A stretch of 38,940 nt of DNA from Anaerolineae bacterium (GTDB taxonomy: Bacteria > Chloroflexota > Anaerolineae > B4-G1 > DUEL01), in NCBI GenBank assembly GCA_041082215.1, contig JBDOIF010000056.1:1-38940 (forward strand), in the 5' to 3' direction. Each line of letters opens with the position of its first letter. Within the stretch, counting starts at the first letter, position 1. A program made the position numbers and the translations under genes. Below, one piece after another: positions 17,191 to 27,003 of the stretch. The notes beneath the pieces were generated by a model. It saw only the letters and a list, made by a program, of their open reading frames with translations, was not told the DNA's origin and did not search any database.

Positions 17191-18069
17191 TCATGGATCG
17201 CGGATTGGACCAGGTAACTGCCCCTGCCCCTCTCTCGGCACCAGCCGCGCCATCAGGGTGCGGTAAAAGTAATCCCGCTCCCGCACGCGGGCAAAGTACG
17301 CCACATGGGGGCTGGCCTCGACCCGCACCGCGTCACCCGGGGCCAGCTCCGTCACCATCTCCCCATCCAGTGTAAGGGTGGCCGGGGAATGGCCCAGCAC
17401 CGTCACCTGTACACAGGCTCCCTCTGCCAGCACCACCGCCCGGTCCAGGCTCAGATGGGGGGCAACGGGCACCAGGAGGATATTCCGCTGCTGAGGCGGC
17501 ATGATCGGCCCCCCGGCCGCCAGGGCGTAGGCAGTGCTCCCGGTAGGGGTGGCGACGATGAGGGCATCCGCAACGTAGGTGGTGAGGAGATCACCGTCCA
17601 CCCGCACCTCTAATCGCACCACCCGGCCCAGCCCCCCCTGACCCACCACCACGTCGTTCAGCGCGTCACCCGGCAGGGGCGTAGCGCGCTGTGCCCCTGC
17701 AGACGGTCCCACGAGGGCGGCCCGCAACATCATCCGTTCCTCCACCCAGTAATCTCCCGCCAGCACGCGGGGGATCACCTCCTCCCAATTCCCTGGGTCC
17801 GCCTCGGTGAGGAACCCCATCCGCCCCAGATTGACCCCCAGGATAAGGGTCCCAAGCCCTGCGACGGTGCGGGCAGCGCGGAGGATAGAACCGTCCCCGC
17901 CCAGAGTGACCAGCAGCTCGGTCTGCCCCGCCCTCCGGGCAGCGTCCCCATCCAGCCGGTCCGTCTCCCACACCTCGACCCCCTGTCGGCGCAGGGCGTC
18001 GGCGATCCGGCCCCCCAGCGGGGCGGCCTCCGGGATGCGGGGATGCCGGAAGATCCCCACCCTTCTCAC
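17191..18069 (-). CDS. nadK: NAD(+) kinase
   Basis: Motifs LGGDGSIL, GVNLGRMGFL, ALNDVVV and ATPTGSTAYALAAGGP. GTG start overlaps the hisS TGA. Confidence 0.96.
   Translation of the reverse strand: MRRVGIFRHPRIPEAAPLGGRIADALRRQGVEVWETDRLDGDAARRAGQTELLVTLGGDGSILRAARTVAGLGTLILGVNLGRMGFLTEADPGNWEEVIPRVLAGDYWVEERMMLRAALVGPSAGAQRATPLPGDALNDVVVGQGGLGRVVRLEVRVDGDLLTTYVADALIVATPTGSTAYALAAGGPIMPPQQRNILLVPVAPHLSLDRAVVLAEGACVQVTVLGHSPATLTLDGEMVTELAPGDAVRVEASPHVAYFARVRERDYFYRTLMARLVPREGQGQLPGPIRDP
17673..17700. repeat. REP-like palindrome inside nadK
   Basis: GCAGGGGCGTAGCGCGCTGTGCCCCTGC: perfect 8-bp outer stem and near-complementary core. Confidence 0.75.
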
Positions 18070-19334
18070 AGGATGGTTCGCGCCTGGAACCACGCCGTCA
18101 ACTCTCCCAGAGGAACTTCCGTCTGATCCCCGGCCTCCATATCACGGACGGTCGCCATCTCCCGGGCCAGTTCATCCTCTCCCAGGATGACGGCGTACCG
18201 GACCCCGCGCCTGTTCGCCTCCCGCATCTGGCTCTTCAACCCTCGCTCGTCGAAGGCCTGCCAGACGCCTACGCCGGCACGCCGCAGGCAGTCGGCCAGG
18301 CGGACCGCCTCCCGGCGGCCCTTCCGGCCCAGATAGGCCAGGAAAACGGACGGGGCAGGCAGGGAGGGGACCTCTATCTCCTGAGCTTTCATCACCAGCA
18401 CGATCCGCTCGATCCCCGCCGCCACGCCCACGCCCGGCGTTGGCGGGCCGCCAAGGGCCTCCGCCAGGCCGTCGTACCGCCCGCCGCCACAGACCGCCGC
18501 CTGCGCCCCAATCCCGGCCGCCCAGACCTCAAAGACCGTCTTGGTGTAGTAGTCCAGACCCCGTACCAGCCGGTGGTTGAGGGTGTAGGGCCTTCCCAGC
18601 AGGTCGAGGTACGCGCGCAGCTCGGCGAAGTGATCGGCGCATTCCCCGCAGAGATGGTCGCCGATGGGCGGGGCAGCAGCGATAACTGGCTGGCATAACT
18701 CCGCTTTGCAGTCCAGCAACCGCAGCGGGCTGGTCTGAAACCGGCGACGGCAGTCGTCGCAGACCTCGTCGAGGTGCTGCCGGTAGTAGGCCCTGAGCAC
18801 CTCCACATAACCCGGCCGGCAGCGGGGGCAACCGGTGGAATTGAGCTGAAAAGACAGGTCCCGAAACCCCAGCCCCGCATAGAGGTCCCAGATCAGCACC
18901 ATCACCTCCAGGTCTGCTGCCGGGTCCTGCGTGCCCAGGATCTCCAGATTGAACTGGTGGAACTGACGGTAGCGGCCCGCCTGGGGGCGGTCGTAGCGGA
19001 AGACCGGCCCCAGGGAGTAGAGCTTGACTGGCTGAGGACGGACGTGCATCCCGTGCTCGATGTAGGCGCGGACAACGCCGGCGGTGAACTCCGGCCGGAG
19101 GGTGAGGGATTCTCCCCCCTTGTCCTCGAACGTATACATCTCCTTCTCTACGACATCGGTGGCTGTGCCGATCCCCCGGGCGAAGAGGTCGGTCGTCTCG
19201 AAGATCGGCACATCAATCCGCTCGAAGCCCGCCTGCCGGGCCAGCCGGACCGCAAGGGACCGTACGTATTCCCAGTAGGGTTGATCCTCCGGCAGGATGT
19301 CCATCGTGCCGGTCGGACGCTGGAAACGGGGCAT
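18066..19334 (-). CDS. hisS: Histidine--tRNA ligase
   Basis: Motifs KEMYTF, LRPEFTAG, FRYDRPQAGRYRQFHQ, LVRGLDYYT, GGGRYDGL and GIER. Confidence 0.98.
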   Translation of the reverse strand: MPRFQRPTGTMDILPEDQPYWEYVRSLAVRLARQAGFERIDVPIFETTDLFARGIGTATDVVEKEMYTFEDKGGESLTLRPEFTAGVVRAYIEHGMHVRPQPVKLYSLGPVFRYDRPQAGRYRQFHQFNLEILGTQDPAADLEVMVLIWDLYAGLGFRDLSFQLNSTGCPRCRPGYVEVLRAYYRQHLDEVCDDCRRRFQTSPLRLLDCKAELCQPVIAAAPPIGDHLCGECADHFAELRAYLDLLGRPYTLNHRLVRGLDYYTKTVFEVWAAGIGAQAAVCGGGRYDGLAEALGGPPTPGVGVAAGIERIVLVMKAQEIEVPSLPAPSVFLAYLGRKGRREAVRLADCLRRAGVGVWQAFDERGLKSQMREANRRGVRYAVILGEDELAREMATVRDMEAGDQTEVPLGELTAWFQARTIL

Positions 19335-19371
19335 GCTCTTCTCCTTCTCTCCAATACGGGAAGTCGAGGGT

Positions 19372-19400
19372 ATTATACGCGATTTCGAGGGAGTTGTCTA
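19372..19400 (-). promoter_or_regulatory. Sigma70 promoter of the hisS operon
   Basis: TAGACA-17 bp-TATAAT on the minus strand. Confidence 0.8.
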
Positions 19401-19407
19401 CACTACC

Positions 19408-19436
19408 TTGCCAGCCCACCCATTCTCCAGTACAAT
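19408..19436 (+). promoter_or_regulatory. Sigma70 promoter of ssnA, back-to-back with the hisS promoter
   Basis: TTGCCA-17 bp-TACAAT. Confidence 0.78.
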
Positions 19437-19485
19437 CTCCTGAGGGGACACAGACCGGTCATCCACGCTCCGAAAGGAGGCGCCT

Positions 19486-20829
19486 ATGTTGATCACACAC
19501 GCGCGACTGGCGACCCTGGGGGCGGAACCCCGGTTGATCGAAGACGGGGCGCTCCTCATCCGTGGCGAGGCCATCGCCGAGGTGGGCACGACGATGGAGC
19601 TGACCACCCGCCATCCCCGCGAGGAGCGGTGGGACGCCGGAGGACAGATGGTGATGCCCGCCTCTATCTGCGGCCACACCCATTTCTACGGCGCTTTCGC
19701 CCGCGGAATGGCCATCCCGGGTGAACCGCCCTCCAACTTCCCCCAGATCCTGGAGCGGCTCTGGTGGCGGCTCGATAAGGCCCTCACCCTGGAAGACGTC
19801 CGCTACTCCGCCCTGGTCTGCCTGGTGGACGCCATCCGCCACGGCACCACCACCCTTATTGACCACCATGCCAGCCCCAATGCCATCGAAGGGAGCCTGG
19901 ACGCCATCGCCGGGGCGGTGGAGGAGGCCGGTCTGCGGGCTTCCCTCTGCTACGAGGTGACCGACCGGGATGGGCCGGAGCGGGCGCGGGCGGGCATTGA
20001 GGAGAACATCCGTTTCGCCCGCTCGCAACGGGCGGCTCGCCCACGGCGACTGGCTGCCTCCTTCGGCCTCCACGCCTCCCTCACCCTCTCCGATGGGACC
20101 CTGGCCGACTGCGTCGCCGCAGCAGGGGAGCTGGGCATAGGCTTCCACGTCCACGTGGCGGAGGATGCAGCCGACCAGGAAGACAGCCTTCGCAAGAGCG
20201 GCAGGCGGGTCGTCCTGCGGCTTCACGACGCAGGGGTTCTCGGCCCCCAGACCATCGCCGTCCACTGCGTCCACGTGGACCAGAAGGAGATTGAGGTGCT
20301 GGCGGAGACCGGCACGTGGGTCACCCATCAGCCCCGGTCGAACATGAACAATGGGGTGGGAGTTGCACCGGTGGAAAAGATGGTGGGCGCCGGAGTGCGC
20401 GTGGCCCTGGGCAACGATGGCTTTTCCAACAATATGTTCGCCGAAATGAAAGCGGCCTACCTGGTCCACAAGCTGGCCCGGCGCGACCCCCGGGCGATGC
20501 CTGGCGACCTGGTGATGCGGCTGGCCTACGAGAACAACGCCCACCTCGCCCGGGTGTTCTGGCCTGAGCTGATTCTGGGAGAGCTGACCCCCGGGGCGGT
20601 CGCCGACCTGGTCTTCCTGGATTACCACCCCACCACTCCGCTGACGGCGGGGAACCTGCCGTGGCATCTCCTTTTCGGCCTGGAGGCCTCGATGATCACC
20701 GGCACCGTCTGCGGCGGGCAGGTATTGATGCGAGACCGGCGGCTGCTGACGCTGGATGAGGAGGCCATTACCGCGCACTCCCGTGAACTGGCGGCGGAGG
20801 CATGGAAACGGGTGGAAGAGGGGGATTGA
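19486..20829 (+). CDS. ssnA: Putative aminohydrolase SsnA (amidohydrolase family)
   Basis: Motifs CGHTHFY, LWWRLDKAL, GTTTLIDHHASP, CYEVTDRDG, FGLHASLT, HVHVAE and PRSNMNNGVG. AGGAGG RBS. Confidence 0.9.
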   Translation: MLITHARLATLGAEPRLIEDGALLIRGEAIAEVGTTMELTTRHPREERWDAGGQMVMPASICGHTHFYGAFARGMAIPGEPPSNFPQILERLWWRLDKALTLEDVRYSALVCLVDAIRHGTTTLIDHHASPNAIEGSLDAIAGAVEEAGLRASLCYEVTDRDGPERARAGIEENIRFARSQRAARPRRLAASFGLHASLTLSDGTLADCVAAAGELGIGFHVHVAEDAADQEDSLRKSGRRVVLRLHDAGVLGPQTIAVHCVHVDQKEIEVLAETGTWVTHQPRSNMNNGVGVAPVEKMVGAGVRVALGNDGFSNNMFAEMKAAYLVHKLARRDPRAMPGDLVMRLAYENNAHLARVFWPELILGELTPGAVADLVFLDYHPTTPLTAGNLPWHLLFGLEASMITGTVCGGQVLMRDRRLLTLDEEAITAHSRELAAEAWKRVEEGD

Positions 20830-20909
20830 GTGGCAAGGTTTACCATCTTGAGGTAGAATAACACCAGATCGGACGGGAACGTATCATTCTGCGTGTAAGG
20901 AGGTTAACC

Positions 20910-21569
20910 ATGCTGGTTGGAGATCGAATGACCCAACGCCCCATCACCATCGGCGAGGATGCATCCGTGGAGGAGGCGCTGCAACTGATGCACAGCGAGC
21001 ATATCCGGCGACTGCCGGTGGTGGATAAGCACGGCAAGCTGGTGGGGATCGTCTCGGAGCTGGACCTCTTGAAGGTCTCCCCTTCCCCCGCCACCACGCT
21101 CAGCATCTACGAGATCCCCTACCTCCTGGCCAGGATCAAAATGCGGGACATTATGACCCGCAACGTGATCACCGTCACCGAGGACACCCCGCTGGAGGAG
21201 GCAGCCCGTATTATGGCGGATAACAAGATCGGCGGCCTGCCGGTGGTGCGGGGCGACAAGCTGGTGGGGATCATCACCGAGACCGACCTCTTCAAGATCT
21301 TCCTGGAGATGCTGGGCGGCCGGGAGAGCGGCGTCCGGCTGAGCCTCCTGGTCCCGGAGCGGAAGGGAGTGCTGGCCCAGATCACCGGCAAGATCGCCGA
21401 GCTGGGGGGCAACATCCTGGCCCTGGGGACGACGATGGGGGAGGACCCCTCCAACCGCCAGGTGACGATCCGGGTGGCGGATGTGGAGCAGGAGCGGCTG
21501 GTGGCGGCTTTGAAGGAGCTGGGGCTGGAGGTGCTGGACGCCCGGTTCTGTACCCTGCCGTCCTGCTAA
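20910..21569 (+). CDS. CBS-pair + ACT domain protein (AcuB-like)
   Basis: Two CBS repeats (IRRLPVVD..LVGIVSELD; IGGLPVV..LVGIITETD), SPSPATTLSIYE, and a C-terminal ACT domain (PERKGVLAQI..GGNI). Confidence 0.9.
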   Translation: MLVGDRMTQRPITIGEDASVEEALQLMHSEHIRRLPVVDKHGKLVGIVSELDLLKVSPSPATTLSIYEIPYLLARIKMRDIMTRNVITVTEDTPLEEAARIMADNKIGGLPVVRGDKLVGIITETDLFKIFLEMLGGRESGVRLSLLVPERKGVLAQITGKIAELGGNILALGTTMGEDPSNRQVTIRVADVEQERLVAALKELGLEVLDARFCTLPSC

Positions 21570-21602
21570 GAGCCGCATCGGTTCACGGACAGGTGTTACG
21601 CA

Positions 21603-23603
21603 TCATAGGGGCGCGGCGACGCTGCGCCCCTGTTCTTTTCCCCTGCACACCCGCACTGGCTCGATCTCCCGCACCGGATGGGGAGGGAAGTTTTCCACAA
21701 AGAGGTGGTGAAGCAACTGAACGGAGAGCACCCCCGCCAGCGCCATGTCATCCCCCTCGCTGACCCGCGCTCCTGCCCGGCATTTGTGGATCAGTCGGGC
21801 TACCGCCTGAGGGTCGAAGCAGCCAGCAGCCCGCACTGCCTCCGGCGAGAGCAGCGCCTCCACGTAGTCAAAGGGCCGGGCAAAGAAGGCAGGGTGGATG
21901 GGGGCACGGTACGGCTGCTTGCTCCGCTGCCAGATCTGGGGAGGCAGCAGACCCTGGGCGCTCTTCTTCAGGATGTACTTCTCCTGCAACCCCCGGATCT
22001 TATAGTAGGGCGGCAGACGGCTGGCAAAGGCTACCACCCGATGGTCCAGGAAGGGGAACCGTCCCTCCACCGAGTTGGCCGCCATCATCCGGTCCCCCTG
22101 GGAGGAGAGGAGGTAGGGGGACATAAAGGTAGCGACCTCGATGTACTGGGCCTGGGCAAGGGGGCTCCAGCGGGAAATCCGCCCATCCAGCCGGGCGAGA
22201 AACTCCCCCACGGGGTCGTACTCCCCCAGGGCCGACCGGAGGTCGGGGGAGAAGAGCCGCTGCAACCGGGCAGTGTTGCGCCAGCGGACCTGGTGGGAGT
22301 AGCCCACCCGATCTGTCTCTGTAAACCCGGGACGGAAGAAAGCAGAGAGGTAGGCTTCTCCCTCCCGGGAAAGGTCGGCCACATAGGGGTACAGCCGCCG
22401 CAGGAGCAGGGGCCGCCAGACGGAATCCGGCTGGCGGGCCCAGAACCGGCGGACCTTGTCCTCGCGGTAGATGTTGTAACCGCCCAGGAACTCGTCGGCC
22501 CCTTCGCCAGTCAGCACCACCTTGATCCCGTTCTCCCGCACCAGCCGGGAGAGCAGGTACATCGGAGCAGGGGAGGTGCGCAACAGGGGGGCCTCGGCAT
22601 GCCAGACCACGTCGGGGAAGAGCTGGCCGATGTCGGCATTGGTGCACTCGATCTGCCGGTGGTCGGTCTCCAGAAAGGCAGTGGCAACGGCCTGATATTG
22701 CCGCTCGTCGAAGGCGGCCTCCTCGAAGCCCACGGAGAAGGTGCACAGCGCTTCCGGCGTGTGACGGCGGACGAGGGCGGTGATGAATGAGGAGTCCAGC
22801 CCTCCGCTGAGGTAGCTCCCCACCGGCACATCTGCCCGCAACCGGAGCCGTGTCGCGTCCGAAAGGAGCTCCCGCAGCCGCTCCGCCGCCTCCCCCTCCG
22901 AAAGCCGCTCCTCCTCTCCCGCCTCCGGGAAGTCCAGCCCCCAGTAGCGGAAAACCTGGAGGGAGCCGGCCCGCACCCGCATATAGTGGCCCGGCGGCAG
23001 CTCCGCGATCCCCTGGAAGGCGGTGCGGGGCGCCAGCGGGGCCCAGAAGGTGAAAGCCTGGGCCAGAGCAAAGGGGTCAAGCCGGGCCTCCACCCGGGGG
23101 TCGAGCAGGATCGCCTTGATCTCCGAGCCGAAGACAAGCCCCTCCGGGAGCTGTGCGTAGAAGAGAGGGCGGACCCCCAGCCGGTCCCGCGCCAGGAAAA
23201 GCTCCCCTCTCCGCGCGTCCCAGATGGCGATGGCGAACTGGCCGTTGAGCTGATGGAGACACTCCGGCCCCAAGTCTTCATAGAGGTGGAGGATCACCTC
23301 GGTATCGCTGCGGGTGGAGAAGCGGTGGCCGGCCCGCTCCAGCCCGGCCCGCAGCTCAGGATGGTTATACACCTCGCCGTTGAAAACGATCCAGAGGGAG
23401 CCGTCCTCGTTGGTGATGGGTTGCTGGCCGGTGCTCAGATCCACAATGCTGAGGCGCGCGCAGCCGATGCCCGCCCGGTGGTCCAGATAGAAGCCGAACT
23501 CGTCGGGGCCGCGGTGGCGGATGACCCCCAGCATACGGCGCAGCAGCCCTTCCTCCGGGGGATGTCCTCCGCTCCAATCCAGCATACCGACGATGCCGCA
23601 CAC
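21603..23603 (-). CDS. asnB: Asparagine synthase (glutamine-hydrolysing)-family amidotransferase
   Basis: GTG start gives M-CGI (N-terminal Cys) after an AGGAG RBS. Motifs HRGPD, RLSIVDL, FNGEVYN, YLSGGLDSS, VLTGEGADE and EGRFPFLD. Confidence 0.95.
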   Translation of the reverse strand: MCGIVGMLDWSGGHPPEEGLLRRMLGVIRHRGPDEFGFYLDHRAGIGCARLSIVDLSTGQQPITNEDGSLWIVFNGEVYNHPELRAGLERAGHRFSTRSDTEVILHLYEDLGPECLHQLNGQFAIAIWDARRGELFLARDRLGVRPLFYAQLPEGLVFGSEIKAILLDPRVEARLDPFALAQAFTFWAPLAPRTAFQGIAELPPGHYMRVRAGSLQVFRYWGLDFPEAGEEERLSEGEAAERLRELLSDATRLRLRADVPVGSYLSGGLDSSFITALVRRHTPEALCTFSVGFEEAAFDERQYQAVATAFLETDHRQIECTNADIGQLFPDVVWHAEAPLLRTSPAPMYLLSRLVRENGIKVVLTGEGADEFLGGYNIYREDKVRRFWARQPDSVWRPLLLRRLYPYVADLSREGEAYLSAFFRPGFTETDRVGYSHQVRWRNTARLQRLFSPDLRSALGEYDPVGEFLARLDGRISRWSPLAQAQYIEVATFMSPYLLSSQGDRMMAANSVEGRFPFLDHRVVAFASRLPPYYKIRGLQEKYILKKSAQGLLPPQIWQRSKQPYRAPIHPAFFARPFDYVEALLSPEAVRAAGCFDPQAVARLIHKCRAGARVSEGDDMALAGVLSVQLLHHLFVENFPPHPVREIEPVRVCRGKEQGRSVAAPL
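21607..21631. repeat. REP-like palindrome in the last codons of asnB
   Basis: AGGGGCGCGGCGACGCTGCGCCCCT, same type as the nadK element. Confidence 0.75.
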
Positions 23604-23674
23604 ACTCAATCTCCTATCCACCTGACGCGACCGGGCCGAATCTCATGAATGTTCCCGGGCGGTTCTAGCCGTAC

Positions 23675-23724
23675 GCAGTGCAGGCTGTCAGCCTGCCAGA
23701 AACAGGCCTGGCGGCCTGCGCTAC
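23675..23724. repeat. Inverted REP-like doublet
   Basis: GCAGTGCAGGCTGTCAGCCTGC faces the reverse complement of GTAGCGCAGGCCGCCAGGCCTG. Confidence 0.65.
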
Positions 23725-23753
23725 TTGGGCAGGTCATCGCCCTATTTCACACC

Positions 23754-23789
23754 ATTCGTGTCATTCGCCGGACTCGTGGAACTCGTGAT
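23754..23789. repeat. Four 9-bp-period A(T/C)TCG units
   Basis: ATTCGTGTC ATTCGCCGG ACTCGTGGA ACTCGTGAT, same family as 6996-7083. Confidence 0.75.
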
Positions 23790-23815
23790 CTACAAAACTG
23801 CCGGGCGATATACCA

Positions 23816-25357
23816 TCAGGTCTGAAGGGCAGACCGTTTAATTTTCCCTGAGGGGGTCTTGGGCAGGGAGGAACGGAACTCCACGTAGTGGGGCACCTTG
23901 AAGTCCTCCAGGTGCTGGCGGCAGTGGCGGAGCACTTCCTGCTCGGTGAGGGCGTGGCCGTCGCCGCAGACAATGAAGGCTTTGATCGCCTGTCCCAGCA
24001 GTTCATCGGGCACGCCGACGACGGCTACCTCCACCACTCCGGGCAACTGATAGATGACGCCCTCCACCTCTTTGGGGGCCACCTTCTCGCCGCGGCTCTT
24101 GATAATGTCGTCCTTGCGGGCGACAAAGTAGAAGAACCCCTCTTCGTCCATCCAGAACAGGTCGCCGGTGTAGAGGAGCCGCTCCGCCGGGTAGCGGCCT
24201 GGTCGGTATCGCCTGGCCGTCTCCTCCGGATCCCCCCAGTACCCCTGCATCACGTGGGAGCCGCGCACCACCAGCTCGCCGATCTCCCCCGGCCCCAGCC
24301 GGTTGCCGGCCTCATCCTCGACCCAGCATTCGGTGCCAGGGATGGGGATCCCCACCGATCCGGGCCGCCGGTCCAGCTCCTCCGGCGGCAGGTAGAGGGT
24401 GCGCTTGCACTCGGTGAGGCCGTACATCGAATAGAGGCGGGCCCAGGGGAACGCCTCCCGCAGCCGACGGATATGTTCCACCGGCAGGGCGGCGGCGGTG
24501 TTGGTGAGGTAGCGAAGAGAGGAGAGATCGAAGCGGCCCAGGTCCATCTGGAGCAACATGGCAAAGAGGGTCGGCACGCCGGGGAGGCCGGTCACCCGCT
24601 CCTCCTCGATCCGCCGCAGGACCGCCGCCGGATAGGCAAAGGACCGCTCCAGGACGAGGGTGCCGCCGAATTTGAAGACCATCAACAACTGGTAGAGGCC
24701 GTAGTCGAAAGAGAGGGGGAGAACGTTGATGACGATGTCCTCCGGCGTATTCTCCAGGTACTGGATGATGGAGGAGGCGGCGAAGACCATATTGGCGTGG
24801 GTGGACATCACCCCTTTGGGGTCGCCGGTGCTGCCGGAGGTATAGATCAGGCAGGCCAGATCAATGTCAATGGCCGGGCAGGGCGGACGGATGGGAGAGG
24901 CGCTTGCCAGCAGGTGGTCGAAGGAAGCCAGCTCCGGCCCCTGCTGCGCCGTCTCTTCCGCCCTCTCCCCACAGAGGACGACAAAGCGGAGAGAGGGGAC
25001 GGCCCGGAGCAGGCGGAGGGCCTCCTTCCCAGTTCGGGCAGAGACAAAGAGGCCGGTGGCGGCACAGTTGTTCAGGACGTAGGCCAGCCTGTCCGTTTTG
25101 GTGGTGGGATTGACCACGGTGAAAACGCCGCCAGCTTTGAGGATAGCGAAGATAGCGATCACGGCCTCGGCGGAGTTGGGAAGCCACACCGCCACCCGAT
25201 CCCCCCGCCCCATGCCCAACCGGAGCAGCCCGTTCGCCAGCCGGTTGGCCTGCTCCTCGATCTGAGCATAGGTCAGCCGCTGGCCATCGCAGACCAGGGC
25301 GATTTTGTCCGGGAACCGCTCCGCGCTGTCCTGCAGGAAGTCATTCACCAGCACCAT
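23816..25357 (-). CDS. AMP-binding (ANL family) acyl/aminoacyl ligase
   Basis: Motifs YTSGSTGDPKG, PLSFDYG, YGLTE, LYTGD, RKDDIIKSRGEKV and LPKTPSGK. Confidence 0.93.
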   Translation of the reverse strand: MVLVNDFLQDSAERFPDKIALVCDGQRLTYAQIEEQANRLANGLLRLGMGRGDRVAVWLPNSAEAVIAIFAILKAGGVFTVVNPTTKTDRLAYVLNNCAATGLFVSARTGKEALRLLRAVPSLRFVVLCGERAEETAQQGPELASFDHLLASASPIRPPCPAIDIDLACLIYTSGSTGDPKGVMSTHANMVFAASSIIQYLENTPEDIVINVLPLSFDYGLYQLLMVFKFGGTLVLERSFAYPAAVLRRIEEERVTGLPGVPTLFAMLLQMDLGRFDLSSLRYLTNTAAALPVEHIRRLREAFPWARLYSMYGLTECKRTLYLPPEELDRRPGSVGIPIPGTECWVEDEAGNRLGPGEIGELVVRGSHVMQGYWGDPEETARRYRPGRYPAERLLYTGDLFWMDEEGFFYFVARKDDIIKSRGEKVAPKEVEGVIYQLPGVVEVAVVGVPDELLGQAIKAFIVCGDGHALTEQEVLRHCRQHLEDFKVPHYVEFRSSLPKTPSGKIKRSALQT

Positions 25358-25625
25358 CTCCCGCCTCCCCCAACTTTCTCCGCACGTACCGGGCCAGGCG
25401 GGCAACGGAGTCAAAGTTATCGGGCAGAATCTCCTCATCCTCAACGGTGATGCCGAAGGTCTCCTCCACAAACATCACCAGCTCCAACACGCCGGTGGAA
25501 TCAACGATGCCCTCTTCAAGGAAAGAGGCCTCATCCCGCAGTTGGGACCCGTCGTCGGTGAAAAGGAAGTTCTCCAGGACATAGCGACGGATCAGCATCT
25601 CTACGGACACTGCTTCGACAATCAT
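25341..25625 (-). CDS. Acyl/peptidyl carrier protein
   Basis: Acidic 94-aa protein with the phosphopantetheine site GIVDSTGVLELV and PDNFDS. GGAGG RBS. Confidence 0.93.
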   Translation of the reverse strand: MIVEAVSVEMLIRRYVLENFLFTDDGSQLRDEASFLEEGIVDSTGVLELVMFVEETFGITVEDEEILPDNFDSVARLARYVRRKLGEAGDGAGE

Positions 25626-25860
25626 TGTCCTCTTCCTCCCTAGATTTTACTGCATGGCATTTTACAGCGGGGGGGTTGGTTTAAGGTGACCAGATTCCTA
25701 GAAAAGGGCTAGAACTCCCGAACGCTTGGAGGGCAGAGGAAGAATCTCTAATTATTTTCCAATTTCTTCGTTACCGAACCCTGACGAAGCAAACCTATAT
25801 TATAGAGAAGCCTGACCGGGCTTTGCACGGCTTATTTATAGGGAGGTGGGAGGTGAAACT

Positions 25861-26931
25861 ATGATGCTCATAGCCCGAGCGCCGGTGCGCATTAGCTTTG
25901 GGGGAGGGGGGACCGACCTGCCAGCTTACTATGAACGGCACGGCGGGATGGTGGTGAGCGCGACGATCAACCACTACGTCTACACCATCCTCACCCCCAA
26001 CGGTGCGGACGGCGTGCAGATCATCTCGGCCGACTACCGGGCACTGAGCGAGGGGCCGACCTGCGAGGACCTGATCTGGGACGGCGACCTGAGCCTTCCG
26101 AAGGCGGTCACCTACTATTTCAACGTCGGCAAAGGGGTGCGGATCTTCCTTGCTTCGGAGGTTCCACCCGGGACCGGCCTGGGTTCCTCCGGGAGCGTGG
26201 CCGTGGCGATGATCAAGGCGCTGGCCTTCTGGTGTGGCCTGGACCTGGGTCCCGGGGAGGTGGCGGAGCTGGCCTGCTACATCGAGATCGAGAAGCTGGG
26301 GATGCCCGTCGGCAAGCAGGACCAGTACGCGGCGGCCTACGGAGGGCTGAACTGCATCCGCTTTTCGCGGGACAGGGTGGAGGTGGAGCCTCTGATGCTC
26401 CCCAAAGAACTCATCGAGAAACTGCAGGCAGGGTTGATGCTGTTCTTCACCGGCAAGTCGCGCCAGTCCTCCACCATCCTGCGCCGACAGAGCCGGGCCA
26501 GTGAGCTAGGAGACCCGAAGACGGTCCAGCGGCTGGATCTCATCAAACAGTTGGGCGAGGAGATACGGTCCGCGCTTCTGGCGGGAGACCTGGAGGCCTT
26601 CGGAGAGTTGCTGCATCGCTCCTGGCAACAGAAACGGGGAGTGGTGGAAGGCATATCCACCCCCTTCCTCGATGAGTGCTACCAGGTGGCCCGGGAGCGG
26701 GGGGCGCTGGGCGGAAAGGTGACGGGGGCAGGGGGTGGAGGGTTCCTCCTCCTGTATTGCCCGCCGGAACGGCAGGGGGCAGTGGCGGAAGGGCTGCAAA
26801 GGATGGGCCTCCAGCAGCGGGAGTTCTCCTTCGACTTCGACGGCGTTCAGGTGATGCAGGGGGTGCCGTGGTCGCATCCCCAGGTTGCCCCCCGGCTGCC
26901 CCTCGTAACCGACATCGTGGAAAAGGCGTAA
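25861..26931 (+). CDS. hddA: GHMP kinase, D-glycero-alpha-D-manno-heptose-7-phosphate kinase-like
   Basis: Motifs RAPVRISFGGGGTD, PPGTGLGSSGS, VGKQDQY..AYGG, GALGGKVTGAGGGGF. GGAGGTG RBS. Confidence 0.85.
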   Translation: MMLIARAPVRISFGGGGTDLPAYYERHGGMVVSATINHYVYTILTPNGADGVQIISADYRALSEGPTCEDLIWDGDLSLPKAVTYYFNVGKGVRIFLASEVPPGTGLGSSGSVAVAMIKALAFWCGLDLGPGEVAELACYIEIEKLGMPVGKQDQYAAAYGGLNCIRFSRDRVEVEPLMLPKELIEKLQAGLMLFFTGKSRQSSTILRRQSRASELGDPKTVQRLDLIKQLGEEIRSALLAGDLEAFGELLHRSWQQKRGVVEGISTPFLDECYQVARERGALGGKVTGAGGGGFLLLYCPPERQGAVAEGLQRMGLQQREFSFDFDGVQVMQGVPWSHPQVAPRLPLVTDIVEKA

Positions 26932-27003
26932 AGGTCGTCCAGCGAGGCCGGAGGCCTTCCCCCTTCCCCTACCTCCCGGCTTCTCCCACCTATGGAGCTA
27001 TGT

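Noticed and set aside
25626..25860. c-di-GMP-I riboswitch suggested by GCAAACC at about 25789
   Set aside because: The GAAA tetraloop and GACGCAAAGC elements are missing. The region fits AT-rich divergent promoters better (TATAAT on the minus strand at 25799-25804), though no clear -35 was found.
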